Below, piece by piece: positions 10,453 to 16,907 of a stretch of 36,998 nt of DNA. Both the position numbers and the translations under genes were made by a program. Every line of letters starts with the position of its first letter. Within the stretch, counting starts at the first letter, position 1. The stretch is from a virus, in the IMG/VR virus record IMGVR_UViG_3300043219_000413, one strand, 5' to 3'. The notes below the pieces were generated by a model, which did no database searches, was not told the origin of the DNA, and saw only the letters and a list, made by a program, of their open reading frames with translations.

Positions 10453-10519
10453 ATAAACACACAATGTTTATCTGCTCTGAAAAAAATACGATTTTTCGAC
10501 AATCACTAAGGTCTTTTTT

Positions 10520-11023
10520 ATGTCTATAATTACTTATCCTGATATCTCTGGGACGACACCCGCCTCTGATCGTATTATTGCTTCTTCCACCTCAGCGACA
10601 CCGATAACTGATGTCGGTCTCATTTCTATGTTTAACCAGATTATACCTGCCAGATCTCTCGGACCAAATGGTTACATCATTCTCGATATCTATATGACGA
10701 GGGCTGGTACCAGTGGCGATATCTCTGTTGCCCTGGGCTTGGGAGGTACGCCATTCCATATCTCACCGTTGGGGATTCTCGATACTGGTTTTCAGACACG
10801 ATTCTATATTTATGCTGACGACTCTGAGAACGCCCAAAAGATCGCATCAGACATGTCGATTGTTGATACACCTTATACCAAAGGTACATTGACTAAAGTG
10901 GTTATGTCGGAGGACTTAACGCTCGATACTCACCTCACTATGCAGATAAATATAGCCAATGTTGGTGACTCTTTTGTTTTAGAAGGTTACAGTATTCGTT
11001 TATTCAATCCAGATGGCATTTAA
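10520..11023 (+). CDS. Fibre-associated / host-recognition candidate, paralog B (167 aa)
   Basis: Paralog of 9937-10452 (see that entry). Confidence 0.55.
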   Translation: MSIITYPDISGTTPASDRIIASSTSATPITDVGLISMFNQIIPARSLGPNGYIILDIYMTRAGTSGDISVALGLGGTPFHISPLGILDTGFQTRFYIYADDSENAQKIASDMSIVDTPYTKGTLTKVVMSEDLTLDTHLTMQINIANVGDSFVLEGYSIRLFNPDGI

Positions 11024-11205
11024 TGGCGACCGCTTGCTTTTCTAATATAATAGCTAACTAGAAGTATATCCGGTATAAGAACCCATCACAGCCGAGTTAC
11101 TATCGTTTCGTTTTTCAGCGTCCCTCTGCTATTGACACCCACGTTCTTTTCATTAAAATTAATAGTAACTCCATGGCTTCCCCCTGTATTCAATTGGAGA
11201 TGAAA

Positions 11206-11490
11206 ATGACAATTATCAAATGGTTGGAAGAATTCGATCCCATAAAAAACCCTGAAAGACCCCAGTCTAATGACGTTTACGGCTTCAGAGGGTTTATGTT
11301 TAACCTTGGCTGTTTTCACAGCTTTGATCCCGAGACTCACGACCCCCATGCCAATAATAAGATTTGGTCATTAGTTAAAGAACATGAAAAAATCTTTCTC
11401 GTTAATGGATTTCACCCTGAACACGCTGAAGGTTTTTTTATGACAAGGGTTGAGTGCAATAAGAACTATCGAATCTCCAAATTAACGTGA
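11206..11490 (+). CDS. Hypothetical protein (94 aa; ORF is open from 11173)
   Basis: GGAG lies 6 nt upstream of ATG 11206. Protein-like composition. The antisense ORF 11086-11349 was judged a shadow. Confidence 0.5.
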   Translation: MTIIKWLEEFDPIKNPERPQSNDVYGFRGFMFNLGCFHSFDPETHDPHANNKIWSLVKEHEKIFLVNGFHPEHAEGFFMTRVECNKNYRISKLT

Positions 11491-11648
11491 GTTTTTTTTG
11501 GTCAGGATGGTGGCGACAAATACTGACTTGATGTCAGGGGCGTCGAGATCAGTGTCACTCACACTTACGTCACGACATAAAAAATTAACAACTTCCTCGG
11601 TTACAATCACTCTCTTAACTTCTCTTTTTTTTAAAAACATAGAATTCA

Positions 11649-11687
11649 TCGGCACTTAGTGCCGACGGTTTTGCTCTTTTTTAAAAA
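11649..11687 (+). terminator. Hairpin plus T-rich tail, candidate terminator
   Basis: tcggcac-tta-gtgccga followed by cggttttgctctttttt. Confidence 0.4.
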
Positions 11688-11878
11688 AAAAGAATTTATT
11701 TTACTTTTATTTATTGTCTCGACTATCTATCCCTGTGTTTCTGTATGAATCATAAGGAATCACCGTACGTCTTCTGTTTTTTTAACTGACATCTTTTTTG
11801 CATAAATCGAGAATGGATCGCTTTGTCTTTTGCTTGTACTGCTGATTAAATGTGTAAAGAACAAAGGGGTGTAACAGC

Positions 11879-12262
11879 ATGAAACAAAAGAAAACAAAGA
11901 CTATTTTTTATTTTTTTCTACTTATTATTTTATCTTTTTCGGCGCACGCAAGAGTAACCGATTCTTCACCTGGGTTTTTTATTGGCCCAGATTGTCCGCT
12001 TGAAGAATTTGGTGAATCGAGCGCGTCTCCTGATCGTGTCGGGCTTCTTCCTATTTTAGTGGAGGCAGGCTCTAGGTGCCCTAGGAATCCAACAAGGCCA
12101 CCCCGCACTCTCGAAGAAAGATGCTCGGACACCCGGTCTGAATGCATTAATAGTTGTCTCAATCGTATAGGTCGAAATGAGAGCAACGCTAAGCTACGTA
12201 AAAGCGAAAAGAACTGTTATGCCGTGTGTGGAGCAAACTATAGATCTTGTATGGGATGGTGA
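11879..12262 (+). CDS. Secreted cysteine-rich small protein (127 aa), moron
   Basis: Signal peptide MKQKKTKTIFYFFLLIILSFSAHA, then 8 Cys in the mature part. AGGGG-type RBS upstream. Confidence 0.6.
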   Translation: MKQKKTKTIFYFFLLIILSFSAHARVTDSSPGFFIGPDCPLEEFGESSASPDRVGLLPILVEAGSRCPRNPTRPPRTLEERCSDTRSECINSCLNRIGRNESNAKLRKSEKNCYAVCGANYRSCMGW

Positions 12263-12264
12263 TA

Positions 12265-12675
12265 ATGATGAATTTTTTCGAGAATAAAAAGCTAGTGAAC
12301 AGCGCTCTCGCTTCACATAAAGAGCTAAAGAAATATATAGCTAACAATTCGTCGGTCATTGCGACACGAGTGCTTTATTTTTCCTTGAAAGGTGAAACTG
12401 AGAAAAATGAACTCGTTATTAAATTATACGCGCCTATTCAAGTAAGCACCTCGACTCTGGCGACGGCCGGGCTTAATGGCCCATTCGCTTGTTATCTTGA
12501 GTTTAGTCGCTTGTGCAACGGCCATTTGTTTTATGGCTATGATGAGTTCCAGGCTATTGGTTTTGCGTCAGACATTGACCCTATTTTAAAAACACTGGGT
12601 GATCGATGTAACTTGTATTTCGACGATAGTATTGAGTGTGAATTCTACTTCGATAATGCCTGTAATCGTTGGTAA
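12265..12675 (+). CDS. Hypothetical protein sharing a domain with the N-terminus of the next gene (start uncertain: 12247, 12256, 12265 or 12268)
   Basis: Blocks GPFACYLEFS ... GYDEFQAIGFASDIDPILKTL parallel GTAYCYLDFG ... GTDTLDALRSALQIEEHLSLF in 12714-13265. Confidence 0.5.
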   Translation: MMNFFENKKLVNSALASHKELKKYIANNSSVIATRVLYFSLKGETEKNELVIKLYAPIQVSTSTLATAGLNGPFACYLEFSRLCNGHLFYGYDEFQAIGFASDIDPILKTLGDRCNLYFDDSIECEFYFDNACNRW

Positions 12676-12713
12676 TTTTTGATAAAAAAACAAAAGTTAA
12701 AAGAGGTAAAAGT

Positions 12714-13265
12714 ATGAAGATTAAACCTATAGCTGAAAGAAAAATCATTACTCGATCGGTATCTACAGGAGAGGAGAAGAGCTTTATTTTTAAAGTTGGT
12801 ATGTTGGCACACATAGGCCCAGGTGGAACGGCTTATTGCTACCTGGACTTTGGATGGTTTGGCGCTGAACTTGCTCCTCATGTCTTGACGAGCATAAGTA
12901 AAGTAAAAGGCACCGATACGCTGGATGCTTTGCGCAGTGCGCTACAGATAGAAGAGCACTTATCTCTTTTTACGGATAAGTATACTCTCTCCTGTTGCCA
13001 CAATGACAGCAGCTTCTATCCCAAGAATGAAGCATCTCTTTTTATTAACATCAGCGATGTTATGAAGATAACTGGTAGTGCTAAAAGTACAATATATTCA
13101 TGGGTGAAAAGTGGTTTTTTCCCTAAGCCAGTGGCTACCGGCCCAAACTCAAGTCGATTCAGATTACAGGAGATTAGGGAGTGGTGTGCCGACCCCGTTA
13201 AGTGGCGTGAAGAATGTGCTTTATCAGTGATTTGTGAGGGGGATATATGCCCGTCCGAAAAGTAA
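12714..13265 (+). CDS. Two-domain protein: N-terminal CYL(E/D)F domain fused to a C-terminal AlpA-type HTH (183 aa)
   Basis: C-terminus ISDVMKITGSAKSTIYSWVKSGFFPKPVATGPNSSRFRLQEIREW matches the AlpA/Phage_AlpA pattern. RBS AAGAGG lies upstream of ATG 12714. Confidence 0.65.
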   Translation: MKIKPIAERKIITRSVSTGEEKSFIFKVGMLAHIGPGGTAYCYLDFGWFGAELAPHVLTSISKVKGTDTLDALRSALQIEEHLSLFTDKYTLSCCHNDSSFYPKNEASLFINISDVMKITGSAKSTIYSWVKSGFFPKPVATGPNSSRFRLQEIREWCADPVKWREECALSVICEGDICPSEK

Positions 13266-13378
13266 AAGGGGGTTATCAATATGGGACAAAAGGAAAGGTC
13301 TATCGAAATAGAAAAGACGCAGTAAAGCAGGGACAAGCTATTGCTATATCACAAAAGAAGAGAGGTAAGAAACCATGA
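13247..13378 (+). CDS. Small basic protein, 43 aa (MPVRKVKGGYQYGTKGKVYRNRKDAVKQGQAIAISQKKRGKKP); below the ORF-track cutoff
   Basis: GAGGGGG lies 4 nt upstream of the ATG. The stop overlaps the next start as ATGA, which suggests translational coupling. Confidence 0.5.
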   Translation: MPVRKVKGGYQYGTKGKVYRNRKDAVKQGQAIAISQKKRGKKP

Positions 13379-13692
13379 AAACTGCAATCGACTATCGTCG
13401 TGCAGCCCTGAAAGCCAAAGGGTATTTTGGCCTGGAGCAGGAGATGTTACTTGCCTGGGCGAAGGATTACGGCGCGGTGTCAACCAATACCAAAGAGGCT
13501 GTTCTGGAGGTTTTGCATCAGAGCGGCGCAGCATCAGATAATCTGAATCAGGCATGGTTGGAAACCTATGCTTTATCTGGATTGACAGGCGATGAAGTTG
13601 AGATGAATCTCGCTTTCTGGCGAGACTTAGGTGGCAACCTTCCCTTGACTGCTGTAGTCGGCTGGACAGGTAAAACCTGCTGTGAGGAGTGA
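13375..13692 (+). CDS. Hypothetical protein (105 aa)
   Basis: ATGA coupling to the upstream small ORF. Protein-like composition. The longer antisense ORF 13349-13741 was rejected. Confidence 0.55.
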   Translation: MKTAIDYRRAALKAKGYFGLEQEMLLAWAKDYGAVSTNTKEAVLEVLHQSGAASDNLNQAWLETYALSGLTGDEVEMNLAFWRDLGGNLPLTAVVGWTGKTCCEE

Positions 13693-13697
13693 CTGAT

Positions 13698-14000
13698 ATG
13701 ATACATACGATTGTTTTTAATCGGCGGTGCTGCTTTTCCAATCAGCATGGTGTTGAGTTTTTTAATTTGACGACAGCTAAGCACCCTATCTCTTTTTCGA
13801 CCGATACGACCCTGCCATCAGACTGTATAGTTTTTCAGGTTGAGTGGGCTAATGACCCACAGAAGGGGGAACATATTAAATGGCTATATGATGGAACGGG
13901 TACTTATTGCGACACTGATGAAATGCATATGCTGCTACAGGATCTAGATATGATCAATTGCGCAGATCATGAAGACGATGATTCCCTGGTGACAGAGTAA
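13698..14000 (+). CDS. Hypothetical acidic protein (100 aa)
   Basis: GAGGAG lies 8 nt upstream of ATG 13698. Confidence 0.5.
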   Translation: MIHTIVFNRRCCFSNQHGVEFFNLTTAKHPISFSTDTTLPSDCIVFQVEWANDPQKGEHIKWLYDGTGTYCDTDEMHMLLQDLDMINCADHEDDDSLVTE

Positions 14001-14082
14001 ACAACCTATATGCGTAAAAGAATTCCACCCGCTTTGGGTGAAATGAAAGATACATAATTTTAATTAAAAAGAGGAACGTCCT

Positions 14083-14292
14083 ATGAATAAAGTAGTTAAA
14101 CCAGCAGTTATAGCAGCAGTGGTTTCACTGTTTTCTTTTTCAGCTATGGCTTATGATCGCGATGTATCTGATCCGCAAGTATGTGGACTGGCAGCAGCGG
14201 GCAACATGACCTCTCACTCAGATACGATGAAAGGGATCAAATCGACAACGACCGGCGACCGCCTGCCGATTTTAGGTATTATGAAAACGTAA
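14083..14292 (+). CDS. Small secreted protein (69 aa)
   Basis: Signal peptide MNKVVKPAVIAAVVSLFSFSAMA. RBS AGAGGA upstream. Confidence 0.55.
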   Translation: MNKVVKPAVIAAVVSLFSFSAMAYDRDVSDPQVCGLAAAGNMTSHSDTMKGIKSTTTGDRLPILGIMKT

Positions 14293-14364
14293 CCGATATG
14301 CAATATCCCTCGTCGAAGTCTCCTTTTGGCGAGATATAAAGTTATCACTTAGCTTTATTCACCC

Positions 14365-14409
14365 TGTAGATCCACGTTTAAAAAAACGTGGATCTACATT
14401 TCTTTTTTT
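14365..14409 (+). terminator. Strong terminator between convergent gene blocks
   Basis: 15-bp perfect stem tgtagatccacgttt / aaacgtggatctaca with a 4-nt loop, followed by tttcttttttt. Confidence 0.8.
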
Positions 14410-14441
14410 ATACTGTTGGCATTCTCGATATTTATCAGCAA

Positions 14442-14807
14442 TTATCTCGCATGTGTCTCAATAGTGACATCAGGTTTGCTTGTCCAGTTTATTGGCCGGA
14501 TTTGGCCGACACAACCTGTACGGTATGTTTTGTATGAGGTTATACCGGTAACCTGTCCATATTCAAACCAGATTATCTTGTGATCATTGTAACCAAAACC
14601 TGCACCCGATACGCAGTACTGCCATGCTTCCGCATTGAATCGAAATTGCCGATCTTCAGGAATTCCCATTACCTCGATAACACTTTGCTTATCGTCGCCA
14701 GGGCCGACGAGAATCGTCTTGCTGTCAAGCGTACCGCAACTAGCCAGTACTAATGCTAATGGTGATAGTAGTACTAATTTCAAAAAACCCATCCTCTTGC
14801 CTCTCAA
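14442..14807 (-). CDS. Lipoprotein, SmpA/OmlA (BamE)-like (121 aa; TTG start, alternative ATG at 14792)
   Basis: Lipobox LVLASC after a positively charged n-region. DDKQSVIEVMGIPEDRQFRFNAEAWQY resembles the BamE/SmpA_OmlA fold signature. Confidence 0.55.
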   Translation of the reverse strand: MRGKRMGFLKLVLLSPLALVLASCGTLDSKTILVGPGDDKQSVIEVMGIPEDRQFRFNAEAWQYCVSGAGFGYNDHKIIWFEYGQVTGITSYKTYRTGCVGQIRPINWTSKPDVTIETHAR

Positions 14808-14878
14808 CGTGCTTCTAAACGATACCCAAAAAATTGAGTATAGTTAATATTTTGCTGTTTTTTTTAAGAAATCATCAG

Positions 14879-14926
14879 GGGGGAGATAGACTATCTCTGA
14901 TGATTTTTATTTTTATGGAGCTAATT
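14879..14926 (+). terminator. Long hairpin with a T-rich 3' tail, plus-strand orientation
   Basis: aaatcatcag / ctgatgattt outer stem with inner agata/tatct stem, then ttatttttat. Lies between two minus-strand genes. Confidence 0.4.
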
Positions 14927-14987
14927 TAATTGTCACTAGCTTAAGAGCGGTCGGATCTTACTGTCTCGCTGTCGATCCTTTATTCGT

Positions 14988-15224
14988 TTAGTTTTGTCTA
15001 CTCCATTTTCCTGGGTTTTCCGCCCATGACTCATAATCTAATTCGCGCCAAGCAACAGAATTAGGGCCGATGCGAACAGGTTTAGGGAATTTGCCTTCTC
15101 TCACTAGACGCCACAAGGTCGTGCGACCTATCTGAGTCAGCTCCAGCACTTTTCTCACTCGGATAAATTGTGTTAACTTTGTCTTTGTTGAATCTTCTTG
15201 TGTTTGCATTGTTATACTTCTCAT
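14988..15224 (-). CDS. AlpA-family HTH regulator (78 aa)
   Basis: VRKVLELTQIGRTTLWRLVREGKFPKPVRIGPNSVAWRELDYESW matches the AlpA pattern. Confidence 0.7.
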   Translation of the reverse strand: MRSITMQTQEDSTKTKLTQFIRVRKVLELTQIGRTTLWRLVREGKFPKPVRIGPNSVAWRELDYESWAENPGKWSRQN

Positions 15225-15245
15225 TGGATTGTTAGTCTTTTATGG

Positions 15246-15479
15246 TTATATTTTCTTGTTCATTTCTTCTATTTTATCAATAAGCGCCCTGATGTCTTCT
15301 ACGCGCCAGACGGTTACACGCGCTGATATCTTTCTTTGTCTTGGAAAGCGCCCATCGCTAACCCCTGCCCACCATGCGGATTTAGAAATAGGGATGATAG
15401 GTGGGATGGGTGGATTCGCTTTTGGGTTACCGACTATTTGACTGACGCGCAGGTAACCAATCTCTGGTATTAATGTCAT
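15246..15479 (-). CDS. AlpA-family HTH regulator (77 aa)
   Basis: YLRVSQIVG...PISKSAWWAGVSDGRFPRQRKISARVTVWRVEDIRALI matches the AlpA pattern. Confidence 0.7.
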   Translation of the reverse strand: MTLIPEIGYLRVSQIVGNPKANPPIPPIIPISKSAWWAGVSDGRFPRQRKISARVTVWRVEDIRALIDKIEEMNKKI

Positions 15480-15508
15480 AAATTTTGCCTTATCTATCTA
15501 ATGAATAA

Positions 15509-16411
15509 CTAAATTGAGTTTTTAAAAAAGAGCGTCTCCCTATTTACGCCATCAATCTCAGGGAATGGTTGACCTGAGCGCCACCTTATCGATCCAATCG
15601 TTACCTCATTGTAGTAAGCGTTCCATGTATTAATTAAGTAAGCTAATGCGTAACGTTTATCTAAAAGAACTTGTTGAGAGCGATACTTTATCATTATTGT
15701 TCTAAACGCGAGTATGGGGTCTTTTTTGCTTAAACCCTCGCCATGTTCTACTTTGTTGAAAAAATCAAAACATTTTTCTGGGTCTATGTGTTGAGTTACA
15801 TATATAAAGAAAGCGCCAATACTGGGTTGAAGAACATGTCGCATATGTTCGGCATTCACAACTAGATCTTGCATTCTGGGCCAGCGTTTCAGTCCTTCCA
15901 GGATGTCTTCAGGACATAACTCCGATGTCCAACGCAGATACTCATCCCTCTCATACGTCAATAGCCAGCGTACGGCGGCTGAAAGGACGTGGACATTCTT
16001 ATATCCTGCCATTTTTAATATGTCGCCCGCTGACCTGGCTCGTCCCGTATCAATCGTTTTGAAATGATCAGGACTTAATCCTAGTGCCAAAGAAACATTA
16101 ACTGGCTTGTCGGCTGACGCAATTGCGTTCAGTCTATGCTGTCCATCGAGCAAGACAAAAAGACCATCCACCTGTCCCACTTTTATTGTTTCACCGTTTA
16201 ATACCCATCGCCCTATATTCATTAATCTTCGATATTTGTTTATAAGGCTTTTATTCAGATGACGATTATTTTCATTTCCTTGGAGTAATTTTTTCGCACC
16301 TTCCTGTGATAATTCTACATTCATAAACTCAACGACAGGTTCTTTCTCTTTCGCAATACGATCTATTGCTTTCTCCCAATCTGTCTTTTGTTTTTTTCTT
16401 ACGGCTACCAT
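15509..16411 (-). CDS. ParB/Srx-fold (DGQHR motif) protein, 300 aa
   Basis: VLLDGQHRLNAI motif preceded by NR.L....I..Y...M..G.W. GAGGAG RBS upstream. Confidence 0.6.
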   Translation of the reverse strand: MVAVRKKQKTDWEKAIDRIAKEKEPVVEFMNVELSQEGAKKLLQGNENNRHLNKSLINKYRRLMNIGRWVLNGETIKVGQVDGLFVLLDGQHRLNAIASADKPVNVSLALGLSPDHFKTIDTGRARSAGDILKMAGYKNVHVLSAAVRWLLTYERDEYLRWTSELCPEDILEGLKRWPRMQDLVVNAEHMRHVLQPSIGAFFIYVTQHIDPEKCFDFFNKVEHGEGLSKKDPILAFRTIMIKYRSQQVLLDKRYALAYLINTWNAYYNEVTIGSIRWRSGQPFPEIDGVNRETLFFKNSI

Positions 16412-16451
16412 CTTGGACTCCTCAAAGAGTATAAGTATTATTGACGCCTCG

Positions 16452-16499
16452 ATAGTAAGCCTAGCTTAAGTTTAATTCAAGAACTTTAGCTACACTTAA
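16452..16499 (-). promoter_or_regulatory. Candidate promoter of the ParB-like operon (TTGAAT-17-TACTAT) with two TTAAG-N5-CTTAA-type operators
   Basis: On the minus strand, -35 is at 16475-16480 and -10 at 16452-16457. Operator-like sites are 16455-16469 (gtaagcctagcttaa) and 16485-16499 (tttagctacacttaa), each 1 mismatch from the palindrome. Confidence 0.45.
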
Positions 16500-16544
16500 T
16501 TTTTGTGAGATGAAGGGTTTTTGGGCGTATGTTCAAGATAGTTA

Positions 16545-16607
16545 ATGTGCGACAAAGGAATGAGTGTGATAAATGTGTGAAAAAGTGTGCGAAAAAGTGT
16601 GTAGTTG
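16545..16607. repeat. Array of GTGTG / TGTGCGA / TGTGTAGTTG motifs (candidate integrase arm-type sites, P arm)
   Basis: atgtgcga at 16545. gtgtg at about 10-12 bp phasing (16564, 16575, 16585, 16597). gtgtgcga at 16585. tgtgtagttg at 16598. Confidence 0.45.
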
Positions 16608-16683
16608 CCTACGGTTTTGAAGAGTAATCGCGAGATCCGTAGAAACCTCGCTTTCCTTGAGAGGTCGCTACGACGCGGTAATA

Positions 16684-16734
16684 TGGCTCCCCGACCTGGA
16701 CTCGAACCAGGGACAGACGGATTAACAGACCGTT
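16684..16734 (-). other. attP core: 3' half of a tRNA-Asn(GUU) gene (anticodon loop, T-arm, acceptor 3' strand, CCA); not a complete tRNA
   Basis: Reverse complement reads aacggtCTGTTAAtccgtctgtCCCTGGTTCGAGTCCAGGtcggggaGCCA. This parallels E. coli tRNA-Asn ...GGACUGUUAAUCCGUAUGUCACUGGUUCGAGUCCAGUCAGAGGAGCCA. No D-arm or 5' acceptor strand lies upstream. Confidence 0.75.
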
Positions 16735-16767
16735 AGAAACATCGCTGTGGCGGCCTCTTAGCAACTT

Positions 16768-16790
16768 ATGTGCGAGTTTCTGTGTAGTTG
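16768..16790. repeat. Second copies of atgtgcga and tgtgtagttg on the other side of the att core (P' arm candidates)
   Basis: atgtgcga at 16768-16775 and tgtgtagttg at 16781-16790 repeat 16545-16552 and 16598-16607 in direct orientation. Confidence 0.45.
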
Positions 16791-16858
16791 ATGGCCGGAG
16801 AGGCCCGTCTCATGGGGTCTTGTGCTTTCCTGGTTGGCGCTTTATTTTCTGCTCAGGC

Positions 16859-16885
16859 ACAAAAAAACGGGAACTAGCCCCGTTT
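16859..16885 (-). terminator. Terminator downstream of int
   Basis: On the minus strand: aaacggg-gctagtt-cccgttt followed by a T-run (A7 on the plus strand at 16861-16867). Confidence 0.6.
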
Positions 16886-16907
16886 CTTCGCTTAAGTCAT
16901 GCTTTAG

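Noticed and set aside
2565-11023. Diversity-generating retroelement acting on fibre genes
   Set aside because: There is no reverse transcriptase ORF anywhere in the genome. I also saw no near-identical template/variable repeat pair. The two fibre-associated paralogs are too diverged for that.
11086-11349. Minus-strand 87-aa ORF overlapping 11206-11490
   Set aside because: No RBS. It would be an isolated antisense gene at the end of the fibre cassette, and the plus-frame product looks more protein-like. Confidence in either frame is only moderate.
13349-13784. Minus-strand ORFs of 130 aa and 72 aa, antisense to 13375-14000
   Set aside because: The plus-strand genes are RBS-preceded and translationally coupled (ATGA). 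The antisense products are Arg/Ser/Leu-rich, as is typical of shadow frames.
16684-16734. Possible complete tRNA gene
   Set aside because: Only the anticodon loop, T-arm and acceptor 3' strand are present. The sequence upstream on the minus strand cannot form a D-arm or pair with the acceptor 3' strand. It was interpreted as the attP core rather than a functional tRNA.
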